IMG/VR virus record: IMGVR_UViG_3300029887_000004
Strand: one strand, 5' to 3'
Length of the DNA: 64,000 bases
Origin: a virus
Taxonomy: Duplodnaviria > Heunggongvirae > Uroviricota > Caudoviricetes
The notes under the pieces are model-generated. The model was not told where the DNA came from. It ran no database searches and saw only the letters and a program-made list of their open reading frames with translations. Positions 38,892-47,932 of the stretch are shown here, piece by piece (position 1 is the stretch's first letter; the number at the start of each line of letters is the position of its first letter). The translations under genes were made by a program, and so were the position numbers.

Positions 38892-40133
38892 TTAATTATT
38901 TTTTCTTTCATGTTCCATTCTCCAATCGATACATCTCTGCAGATAATCAACGTATTCTGGATTTTTACACATGCATTTACCCATATCATCACTGATCTTA
39001 GCTACATCCTGTCCATTTGCAACAGTTACTTTCATAACAATGTTAAGTGGTGATACTTCTGTATCATTGGATAAGTATGTTCCGATGCCAAATGCAACAT
39101 TTGTTCTTCCATTAAACACTCTAAAAATCTCATCGGCTTTTTCAAAATTTAAAGAATCAGAAAACAGCAGAGTTTTTGTTCTTGGATCAATACCAAGACT
39201 CTGATAATGATCAATCATCTTCTGCCCTCATTCAATCGGATCTCCAGAATCATGACGTACACCAGAAAATAATGTGGCGTATGTGAGCTGGAAATCTTTA
39301 AGAAAACAATCTGTTGTAATTGTATCAGTTAATGCGATGCCGTTAAGAACTCCATATTCTTTGATCCAGGCATTCAATGCATACCAATTTGAATATGCTG
39401 GATTATGTTTATGATTTCCCTGACCTACACACATAATCCATTCGTGTGCCATTGTTCCAACCGGTGTTACACCGTATTTTTTGGCCAGATACACATTGGA
39501 CGTTCCAATGAATTTTGAAGCAGAATGCATTGTATCATTTAGGTGAGAAAACTTTTCCACAACCATTTCCTGGGCTTCTGCAGATAATCTTCTACGAAGA
39601 CCAAACTCCGAAAATGTTCCTGCATACCAATTTCCATATTTCAGTTTGTTGAATTTCTCATCAAGACGTTTTTCAAAGCTTTCAAGAAGCTCGTCATAGT
39701 TGTACTTCATACGGAAATATACTTCATTTACAATTGCAAGAACAGGAATCTCATACATAGAAGTATTGAGCCATGTACCTGCTGTTTCAATACTAAGTCC
39801 GCATTCTGCATCATTTGAAATCGTAAAATCTTCAAAACGTGGCTGCCAAAGTCTTAAGAAGTCAACGTAGGAACCTTTGATCCATTTGATACTATTGAGA
39901 CAAATCAGCTCCTCTTCTGTAAACCGAAGATTGCAGTATGCTTTAACCTGTTCTGTAATTTCGTCTACCATATCTGTAGTAAAATATACATCTTTGTTTC
40001 GACATTTGAATGTCCAAGTCGTTTTATAATCCGAGAACTGATGATAAATTGCCTGACCCATACTGTACTTATATAAATCATTAGACAGTAGACTTGTAAT
40101 AATCTGATCTAATTTCATATCTCTATTCTCCAA
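38892..40133 (-). pseudogene. pncB: nicotinate phosphoribosyltransferase (PncB) interrupted by a single in-frame TGA at 39228-39230, at the conserved DPxEW position
   Basis: The two track ORFs (301 aa and 108 aa) are collinear and in the same frame: ...RHDSGDPIE-TGA-GQKMIDHYQSLGIDP...FGIGT. E. coli PncB has W at this point ([13 protein letters not shown]). Other tryptophans in the gene are TGG. Confidence 0.6.
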
Positions 40134-40632
40134 TCACATTAATCTGGCAACTTCTCATAACTTCGAGTGCTGCTTTATGTTTCTCAGGTGTCGATCCAGC
40201 ACAGCAGCTGGCATCTACTGTAATTTCTGTTTTTGGAAACACTGCTCTTAAAATCAATGCATTTGAAATCACACAGATATTCGTCGTTAAACCGACTAAC
40301 TCAATATCACCTCTAACCCATCCCAATGTAATCCATTGCAAAGTTCCAAAACAATCTTTATTTACATACATGCAGTTAGGAACTTCAAGTCCATCTACAA
40401 TCTTCCAGCCTTTTGAACCGTAAATACAATGTTTTACTGGAAGTTTTCTTCCTTCCTGAGTATTCAAATAATCGTCATAATGCGTATCTCTTGTAAAGAT
40501 AATTTGATCTCCACGATTGTAATACTCCTCAATTTTCTTTTTTACATTCGGAATGATCGCCTGTGCTTCTTCCGATCCAAGGCTCCCATTTACGAAATCA
40601 TTCTGCACATCTACTACAATTAAAGTTCTCAT
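40123..40632 (-). CDS. pncA: nicotinamidase / pyrazinamidase (isochorismatase family)
   Basis: LIVVDVQNDF together with the catalytic-Cys context TNICV. 169 aa. Confidence 0.7.
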   Translation of the reverse strand: MRTLIVVDVQNDFVNGSLGSEEAQAIIPNVKKKIEEYYNRGDQIIFTRDTHYDDYLNTQEGRKLPVKHCIYGSKGWKIVDGLEVPNCMYVNKDCFGTLQWITLGWVRGDIELVGLTTNICVISNALILRAVFPKTEITVDASCCAGSTPEKHKAALEVMRSCQINVIGE

Positions 40633-40835
40633 TGTTTATTCTCCTCTCTTACTTCGTCAAATCTCTTTACCCAGTCCTCAAATGACACATCGTCTCCCAC
40701 TGTGCCATCGTATTTACACATCCAATATAGAGTTTTCTTTCTCTCGTATTCCAAGTCATCTCTTAAATTATGAATAATTGACTGAGCAAAATCTTTCATG
40801 TGATTGTATTCGCTTTTTAAGACTAATCCAAACAT
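40629..40835 (-). CDS. hypothetical protein
   Basis: 68-aa ORF, ATGA overlap with pncA. Confidence 0.4.
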   Translation of the reverse strand: MFGLVLKSEYNHMKDFAQSIIHNLRDDLEYERKKTLYWMCKYDGTVGDDVSFEDWVKRFDEVREENKQ

Positions 40836-41215
40836 TAAATTTCCTCTTTATCTTCTGCAAGTTTATTCCAGACACTTGCAATTTCTGACATCACTTCTTC
40901 TACGGTTTTGCCATCCGTTGAAATTCCTAATCTATCAAGATATTCCTTTAATTCAGACATCGTGTTTTCTATTATTTTTTCCTCACTTTCCAAAATTTTA
41001 GTAATCGTTACTAATTTCTAATTTCGATTTTTTTTCGAATCTATCTACATATTCTCTGACACGTTCGTATGCTGCAGGAACACTAATATGTTCTTTCAGT
41101 AAAAGTTCTTCTACAGCTGCTCGTTCAATAAGAATTTTTCGATCGTGTTCTTCTTGCGTCATAATAATCACCTTATAAGTTTGGCTGACCAGTTTTATAC
41201 CAGCCAGCCATTTTT

Positions 41216-41596
41216 TTAGTCTAATTCATCAAGCATTTTCTGCAGATCTTCAACGGACGCATTTCGAAGTGCTTCATCCTGTTTTGTAGCAATAATCTGC
41301 ATAATCTTCTGTTTCTTCTCTTTACGTTCTGCAGCTTCCTGCCGATTCTTTTTCTCTTCCAGTTTCTCATTAAAGATATATTTTACAATCTCAATCTTAG
41401 TCGCAAGAATATCATCTTCCTCGGATTTAGTCTGAAGCAGACTTTCTTCATCCGTCTTCTTTACTTCTGCATTCAGCGTCTTAAACACTGTATCCAGCGA
41501 TCCAAGCGGAAGATCATATAAATCTTCTACTGCAATCTGTCCCTTATACGGGAAACGATATTTACCTTTTACTGCTTTTTCAAACATATTACTCAT
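41216..41596 (-). CDS. hypothetical protein
   Basis: 126-aa ORF. Confidence 0.5.
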   Translation of the reverse strand: MSNMFEKAVKGKYRFPYKGQIAVEDLYDLPLGSLDTVFKTLNAEVKKTDEESLLQTKSEEDDILATKIEIVKYIFNEKLEEKKNRQEAAERKEKKQKIMQIIATKQDEALRNASVEDLQKMLDELD

Positions 41597-41613
41597 AATT
41601 TTATTCTCCTTTA

Positions 41614-43677
41614 TTAAAATTTGATTTTCATAATTCTTTCTGTAGCACCTTTAACTTTTACAACAAGCTCATTGCGCTGCGTCAGACTAAAACCAACACC
41701 AGAGAGCTGATCATCGACGTCTGTTACACTACACTTTGCACCAAGTGCTTCAAATACTTTACGATGTGGAACTAATTCATTCTTAAGATATTCCACAAAG
41801 AAACCATTCGGCTGTTCTGGATTTACACATCCATTCAGGAAGAAGAAAAGATGTTTATTCCCGATCCCATTCTGCTCATCAAAATAGTTCGGGCTGTAAC
41901 TGATTACAGATACAGGTGTAAACTGATTTGTCTGTACTCCCCATACTTCTCTACTAGAAGTAACCGAGTGACCAAAAAGTTTTTCTTTGATGGTAAAGTT
42001 TCCGTTCGTATCCATAATTACTTCTGCGACGTCTACGTCTCCACGCACTGGGTTATTGTATTCAAACGAATAGATCTCGCCATCGAATTCAATTTCTGCT
42101 TTAAATCCTTTACTTCCTCGGTTGGTATACTGATTTACAAAGAATCTGTATGCGCCAGGAATCATTCTCGATTTGTCCTGCCATGTAATATTTTCCACTG
42201 CTGGCTTCCCTGGCATACTGCTATATGGCTCAATCACATCAATATCAAGCTGACCACCAAGTTTCGACATAGATGGTTTTCTATCACTACCAAAATAGAT
42301 TTCATGACCATTTGGTTCAATACAGTGAGCATCAAGATCACTGTTGTCATTCTGATCCTCGTTCCACATAATAGAGAATCTAAGCACTCCATCTACATTT
42401 CCACCAGCATTCTTTACATTCTGTTTGATATCAGAATCGGTAATGTTTCCTGTATATGCCCAGCTCAGACCATTGTTCCATTTGAACATTGTGTTGGCAT
42501 TCGAATTTTCTGGGGCAATTAAAGAAACAAAGTTTTTCTCATGTTTATTCTCTACAAATACTTCAACCTCTTTCGCGGTCGGAAGAACCTTTTCTACGAA
42601 ATCCTGTGCTGTCACTTCTTCTACTCTAGAAAATTTCTTTGGATTAACTGCTACAGATTTTGACATCTCTGTAAAAATGTCTCCTCTACCAGAAATTCTC
42701 TTCGCTGCATCTTTATTAGAAAATAGAATATTATTTACTGAGATATCATCCAGATTTGCAAAGCGACGCTTCAGAGAATCCATATACCCAAGTTCTGTAA
42801 GAGTTTTCTTTGCATCGTCCAGCATTCTCTGAGTATAAATTGGCTTACTTCTTTTATAGTTGCTGGGTGCTACAATCTGCTCATATTTTTTAACTGCAGT
42901 ATCAAGATCCATTCCTTCACTTACATTTACAAGTAGTGTTCCAATAGAATGGTTTCTGATTTTACCAATAACAGCTCCTGCTTTCAGAGATTTCTCCCAA
43001 ACATACAAATCTTTTTCTTCTTCTGGAAGTTTGTCGTATTCCTTTTTGTATTTCTTGAATTCAACCAGCGGAACCCTCCACTCTGCTCCACGATACAGCG
43101 TATTGGAATTAATCAGCTCAAGAATTGTTTCCACAGAATCCATAGTGATCTCATCCAGAGAACGTTTAAATACGTTTTTAATATCTCTGTATTCACCATG
43201 GATATTACCTGCAGATCTACGAGAGTCAAATACAAACTTATTAGGAAGTCTCATATAAAAGTGATCCCACTGATGAGATTTTCCGTTGATCATTTCAAAG
43301 TTCTTATCTGTGCCAATATTTTTAAGCTGACTTACAAAAACATCGACTACCTCTTCGTTATGGATAAGTTTGGAAAGTGCCTTGACTACCGGCTCATAAA
43401 TAGTTCCAGACATATCTACATCCCAAATACTTTCCATTTTATTATCCTTGATTACAACCACAGCGCCGATTGTACGAATGAACTGGCGGCAGCAGGTACA
43501 GTCATGTTCTCTTCTCTCTCTAAAAATATTGTTCGTTCCTGGCGCAAAGCTATCGAGATATGTATCCCACAGCAGTTCCTTGTCTACGTCCACTTCGAAT
43601 AACTTATCTGCATTTGCGGACATTTTATCGAAATGTTTCTGAAGCTTCTCCTTAAAAATTACGAACTGATCTAACAT
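41614..43677 (-). CDS. large hypothetical protein (687 aa)
   Basis: Long intact ORF with no recognised motif, sitting next to the NAD salvage genes. Confidence 0.55.
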   Translation of the reverse strand: MLDQFVIFKEKLQKHFDKMSANADKLFEVDVDKELLWDTYLDSFAPGTNNIFRERREHDCTCCRQFIRTIGAVVVIKDNKMESIWDVDMSGTIYEPVVKALSKLIHNEEVVDVFVSQLKNIGTDKNFEMINGKSHQWDHFYMRLPNKFVFDSRRSAGNIHGEYRDIKNVFKRSLDEITMDSVETILELINSNTLYRGAEWRVPLVEFKKYKKEYDKLPEEEKDLYVWEKSLKAGAVIGKIRNHSIGTLLVNVSEGMDLDTAVKKYEQIVAPSNYKRSKPIYTQRMLDDAKKTLTELGYMDSLKRRFANLDDISVNNILFSNKDAAKRISGRGDIFTEMSKSVAVNPKKFSRVEEVTAQDFVEKVLPTAKEVEVFVENKHEKNFVSLIAPENSNANTMFKWNNGLSWAYTGNITDSDIKQNVKNAGGNVDGVLRFSIMWNEDQNDNSDLDAHCIEPNGHEIYFGSDRKPSMSKLGGQLDIDVIEPYSSMPGKPAVENITWQDKSRMIPGAYRFFVNQYTNRGSKGFKAEIEFDGEIYSFEYNNPVRGDVDVAEVIMDTNGNFTIKEKLFGHSVTSSREVWGVQTNQFTPVSVISYSPNYFDEQNGIGNKHLFFFLNGCVNPEQPNGFFVEYLKNELVPHRKVFEALGAKCSVTDVDDQLSGVGFSLTQRNELVVKVKGATERIMKIKF

Positions 43678-43721
43678 GATATTTTCTCCTTCTTTATGTT
43701 TTTCTTCTATTTTGTTATCTT

Positions 43722-44768
43722 TTACTCTACTTTGCTCTCTGTTTCCTCCATCTTATTGGTTGTTTCTTCTTTTACATTATTCTCCGGACTTTCTTCTTTA
43801 TTATTTTCACCAACTACATTTGCTTTTTCTGGTTCTTTATTTTCCTTTGTATCTTCTGTAGTATTCTCTGCATCAGAAAGCAGTTTTTCAACCTTTTTTA
43901 CGATTTCTTTTGTTGATTCGGTCTGTTTTTCTTCCTCTTCTTTTTTAGATTCGAGTTTCTTTTTCTCTTCTTCAAACTCCATCATTGCCTGAAGATATGC
44001 TTCTTTCTGAATTGCAATCTGTTCATTTCTTCTCTCTTCTTCTTTTTTAGTTGCTTCTTCTGCTCTTCTTGCACGACGTCGTTCATTTCTCTCATGACGT
44101 TTCTGTTTCTGACGAAGTTTAATTTCTTCCTCTTCTTTGTCTAATGCGGCGAGCTTCTGCTGACATTCATATACTTTCAGAGCATTCTTGACTTTGGATA
44201 CATAAGATTTTGCATATTTAAACTCATAAGCTTTCTTCTCAATACCTTCTGACGTATACACGTCATTATATTGTCGTTTTGCATATGCGATGTATAATGC
44301 TCTTTCAAGAGAGAATGTATCATTTTTGTCGCATACTGTTTTTACTTTTGCTTTCGTCCAAAGATCATCATTGAAAGTCACTTCCACCACTCGATTTGGT
44401 ACAATAATATTGACAGAGCATACACCCGACTTATAGATATACTCTTCCATTTTGTTTTCAATACGTTCCCTCTGTGTTAATCCTACTTCCTGTTTTCTCA
44501 TTTCTTTGTTCTCCTTTTTAGCATTGAATGTAAATGTATCATTTTTATTTCCTGAGTCAGAGTTTGCAACAACTTTTTCAAGACACTTTTCTTCAAATAT
44601 AAAATCAGCACCGCAATTTAACCTATATGCACTACAATCAGAATACAATGTTATTTCAGTTATGATATATTTATGCCCACAGTAACATTTCATACTTGGC
44701 ACAAAAGTAGAACAATCAATGTCTTTATAATCCTTAACTCTTACAATATCTCCTACTTTGAAACTCAT
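43722..44768 (-). CDS. hypothetical protein with Lys/Glu-rich C-terminal low-complexity tail
   Basis: 348-aa ORF. The upstream gene ends in a tandem TGA-TGA. Confidence 0.55.
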   Translation of the reverse strand: MSFKVGDIVRVKDYKDIDCSTFVPSMKCYCGHKYIITEITLYSDCSAYRLNCGADFIFEEKCLEKVVANSDSGNKNDTFTFNAKKENKEMRKQEVGLTQRERIENKMEEYIYKSGVCSVNIIVPNRVVEVTFNDDLWTKAKVKTVCDKNDTFSLERALYIAYAKRQYNDVYTSEGIEKKAYEFKYAKSYVSKVKNALKVYECQQKLAALDKEEEEIKLRQKQKRHERNERRRARRAEEATKKEEERRNEQIAIQKEAYLQAMMEFEEEKKKLESKKEEEEKQTESTKEIVKKVEKLLSDAENTTEDTKENKEPEKANVVGENNKEESPENNVKEETTNKMEETESKVE

Positions 44769-44774
44769 ATTTCA

Positions 44775-45227
44775 TCACGCCTCCACTTCTTTTGATAATT
44801 CTTTATACTCTTCCAGAAGCTTTGCAAATTTTGAATTCGTTTCTGCAAAAATCTCATATTTTTTATCATCTTTTGTTGACTGAATAATATCATCCATCAT
44901 TTGTCTTAACTGATGTTTTTTATATTGTATTTTTGCTAATTCCTTTCGTCTTTTCTCTCGATCTTCGTAAGCTGTCATGTCAATAGCACCTGGGTCGATT
45001 TTACAAACAATTTCCTGCGTGATTTTTTCGTTTTCATGAAAATGTTTCATATCATCCAATGTAAGAATATTTTGAATTGTTAAAATTTGACCTCTACGAT
45101 AACCAGTAACTAATACCTTATCTCCCTTTTCGTATTTATAGCCGTCGTTATAAATTGCAAAATATTCTTCCTTCCCCATAAGATTAATTCCTGCTACGGC
45201 TATATAGCCTGTTAATTCTTTTGCCAT
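44775..45227 (-). CDS. hypothetical protein
   Basis: 150-aa ORF. Confidence 0.5.
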   Translation of the reverse strand: MAKELTGYIAVAGINLMGKEEYFAIYNDGYKYEKGDKVLVTGYRRGQILTIQNILTLDDMKHFHENEKITQEIVCKIDPGAIDMTAYEDREKRRKELAKIQYKKHQLRQMMDDIIQSTKDDKKYEIFAETNSKFAKLLEEYKELSKEVEA

Positions 45228-45428
45228 GTTTTATTCCTTCTTATGTTTATATATTTTCTAAAGAAATGTGCCTTTCATCTCGTTTTATATTTCAGTCATG
45301 CGATTTGAAATGCCTAAAAATGGATGGACGGCGTATCCATCATCTCAGGTACTCTTTGCAGAGTGCGTCGGGAACCATTTCCAACCTCATTTTTAGACAT
45401 GTTAAATCGCATGACCTACTATTCTCCG

Positions 45429-45584
45429 TTAATATATTCCGAAAAAGCTATACACTAGCTCAACCACAGTAGTTACAATAATAGTGATCCATAAAGCCTT
45501 TTCACTTTTTCGTTCTGGCTTCTCTTCAATTAGATTTAACCAGGCGAAGATAATTAGAATGATTCTTAGGATTGTAAGTAGCAT
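45429..45584 (-). CDS. small membrane protein (51 aa)
   Basis: RBS AGAGGTGA. Reads MLLTILRIILIIFAWLNL.... Lies 24 nt downstream of the iscB stop. Confidence 0.4.
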   Translation of the reverse strand: MLLTILRIILIIFAWLNLIEEKPERKSEKALWITIIVTTVVELVYSFFGIY

Positions 45585-45607
45585 GTTTTTCACCTCTTTT
45601 CTTTTAT

Positions 45608-47155
45608 TTATACAGCCATTCCTTCTTGATCCGTATGGGTCGCTTCGTACTCTAGACGATTATATTTTCTCCAAATCATTCCACGCCTTGTTCTTACAAT
45701 TTTTACTTTGTCTAATAAATTACTCTTTAGTAATTCATATTCTTCTTGTTTTATATTTATAGAAGGGTATTTGACTGTTTGTGCTTTATATGTAAATCGT
45801 ATTTTGAAATTACCATTAGGTAGTTTTTGCATGGATTCTACTTCTGCGATATTTCCTTTATGCTTTCCACTATTTATGTAAATTAAATCTCCACATTTCA
45901 AACAATATGAATTACAAACAAAAGTGCGTTTACCAGGTTTAATTTTCTTACCACGAAATTGTCTCATATTGTTTATATATTCTTTTTGCGTGACTCGTTT
46001 AGACGGAGCATTTGGAAGCCTTTCCTTATATAATGTATTACCACTTTTTTCTTTTCCATCACGTACATCTATGTATTTTGCATCACTAAATGTCTCCATG
46101 CTCCTGTCATTGCATCGTTTTTGATCTACAATATAGATATTCTCCGTTAATGTCACATCCTTGTAATCATTAATACAAACAGCATCCGTATAATGAAATT
46201 TTCTTAAACCGGTATTCCTTCTATTAATTTTTGTTTGATATCCATACCCAACTTTGACGTCATATTTGCCAGAAAGCCTTTCAAAAAGTTCCCAACGAAC
46301 CATATTCATATAAGTACTGTCTTTGTATGTATCCGATAACTTCATACTCTTGACTTTCTCAAAATATTTATTGTCGTTATTATTGGAATGCACCTTCCGA
46401 TGACAACTATGACATAAAGATATTAGATTACTTGGTTTATCGGTTCCTCCCTTTGAACGCGGTTGGATATGATGAACTTCAATCACAACATTTTTATTTG
46501 CGCCACACAACCGACATGTATGTTTATCTCTATCTCTAACATAAGCTGCTGCATTTTCATATCCTTTCATTTCTCCATTTTGATAATCTTTTCCTGATAT
46601 TTCTTTCCCGTCAGCTAAAGCTTTTATCATCTGGATATCAAATTTAGCAACTTCTACAATTACCTTATCTACTGGAATCCATGACGCAATTTTATCTATT
46701 AAACGAATATGTGAATCAATTTTATGTTGTATTGATGGAGCAAACCATCCTTCTTCATTTCCATTTTTATATGTTGGATTATGTATAGTTTTGTAGTCAA
46801 TGTTCTTATTTTTTCTATACCTAATTCTGGATCTTCTCGTTCTTCTATATCCATTTCGATTTGTTAATCTATCCGACATTCCTTTTAATAATTCGACTTG
46901 TCCAGCTAAATACTCATGATAATTATCACTGACAGAAAATCCTATGTTCAAATATCCACTATCAATTTTTAATTCGAAAATATCTCTATTTTCAAAATCG
47001 CTTTGATAATCGTCTATTCGTTTTATTACTAATGGATCATGATTAATGATTTTTGCTTTATTATTTCTAAGCAAATAACCAGCTCTACCGTTTGAAATCG
47101 GTACACACGGTTTATCATTTTTATCTACTACTAAAGTAAAATCTAAATATTCCAT
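45608..47155 (-). CDS. iscB: IscB (OMEGA) RNA-guided nuclease, Cas9 ancestor: PLMP-like domain, RuvC-I, Arg-rich bridge helix, RuvC-II, HNH, RuvC-III
   Basis: N-terminus KPCVPISNGRAGYLLRNNKAKII...PLVIKR (PLMP domain); RuvC-I ELKIDSGYLNIGFSV; bridge helix RTRRSRIRYRKNKN; RuvC-II IVEVAKFD; HNH CRLCGAN...EVHHIQPRSKGGTDKPSNLISLCHSCHRKVH; RuvC-III HYTDAVCIN. 515 aa. Confidence 0.85.
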   Translation of the reverse strand: MEYLDFTLVVDKNDKPCVPISNGRAGYLLRNNKAKIINHDPLVIKRIDDYQSDFENRDIFELKIDSGYLNIGFSVSDNYHEYLAGQVELLKGMSDRLTNRNGYRRTRRSRIRYRKNKNIDYKTIHNPTYKNGNEEGWFAPSIQHKIDSHIRLIDKIASWIPVDKVIVEVAKFDIQMIKALADGKEISGKDYQNGEMKGYENAAAYVRDRDKHTCRLCGANKNVVIEVHHIQPRSKGGTDKPSNLISLCHSCHRKVHSNNNDNKYFEKVKSMKLSDTYKDSTYMNMVRWELFERLSGKYDVKVGYGYQTKINRRNTGLRKFHYTDAVCINDYKDVTLTENIYIVDQKRCNDRSMETFSDAKYIDVRDGKEKSGNTLYKERLPNAPSKRVTQKEYINNMRQFRGKKIKPGKRTFVCNSYCLKCGDLIYINSGKHKGNIAEVESMQKLPNGNFKIRFTYKAQTVKYPSINIKQEEYELLKSNLLDKVKIVRTRRGMIWRKYNRLEYEATHTDQEGMAV

Positions 47156-47203
47156 AATTCATTTCCTTTAATTAATAACTCGACTTATAGTCGGTAATAC
47201 TCT

Positions 47204-47232
47204 TTGACAATGTTATTACAAGTTTTTATGCT
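47204..47232 (+). promoter_or_regulatory. candidate sigma-70 promoter (TTGACA -17- TATGCT) reading toward the repeat array
   Basis: ctcTTTGACAatgttattacaagttttTATGCTtaa. Transcription could instead run on the minus strand as an iscB 5'-leader. Confidence 0.35.
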
Positions 47233-47397
47233 TAAATCACTTGCGACAAGAAAGTTAGACGTAACGCATGTTTAAATCTAAACGATATAATTTGATACTA
47301 GAGTTACATATCAATATATTTTGTTGTAATAACGTAGATTAAATCTAAGTCTATTTTTATTTAACGTCTTAATTTTATAGAGTTATTTTATTTTGAG

Positions 47398-47695
47398 GAT
47401 TTGCAACCCTATAAAATTACATTCCTCTAAAACAGCATCGGAAAGAGGAAAAACCGCGCAAGGATTTACAACCCTATAAAATTACATTCCTCTAAAACAA
47501 GCAGACTACAATCGGATTTCAGTAGTGGGATTTGCAACCCTATAAAATTACATTCATCTAAAACAGCATCCTCGTAATCAATCAAAAGAACGGTGATTTG
47601 CAACTCTATAAAATTACATTCATCTAAAACCTTAACATAGACGTTTTGGAAAGCAGATGGATTTGTAACCCTACAAAATTACATCCCTCTAAAAC
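47398..47695. CRISPR. CRISPR-like array: five 36-bp direct repeats (consensus GATTTGCAACCCTATAAAATTACATTCCTCTAAAAC) with four unique 29-30-bp spacers
   Basis: Repeats at 47398, 47463, 47529, 47595 and 47660. Spacers are 29, 30, 30 and 29 bp. Mismatches rise from R1 (0) to R5 (4), and a possible sixth degenerate unit follows. The minus-strand repeat reads GTTTTAGAGG..., like type II repeats. Confidence 0.7.
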
Positions 47696-47858
47696 TTACT
47701 ATGTAATTTATAATAGGTTTGTGGATTTTCAGCTTGAATCAGCCATTCAGATGTGATATCCTAAGACTGAGGATAAATTCCTTCAACCTATTAATTTCTC
47801 TTTTTGAAGATCATCGTGATCTGGTCGCCAAACTTTCTCACAATGGTCTTCTATGTAT

Positions 47859-47913
47859 ACTATATATAGTGGTTTTATTTTCGCTAGACCACTATATATA
47901 GTATTTATTTTCC
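47859..47913 (+). terminator. rho-independent terminator hairpin (14-bp perfect stem ACTATATATAGTGG / CCACTATATATAGT + ATTTATTTT)
   Basis: Perfect inverted repeat followed by a T-rich tract on the plus strand, about 160 bp past the array. Confidence 0.45.
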
Positions 47914-47932
47914 TATGAAATCAGTCTTTCAT

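Noticed and set aside
47398-47695. Repeat array as replication-origin iterons rather than CRISPR
   Set aside because: Spacing and length (36-bp repeats, unique 29-30-bp spacers), polar repeat degeneration, and the adjacent IscB nuclease fit CRISPR better. The iteron possibility is kept as the refutation criterion.
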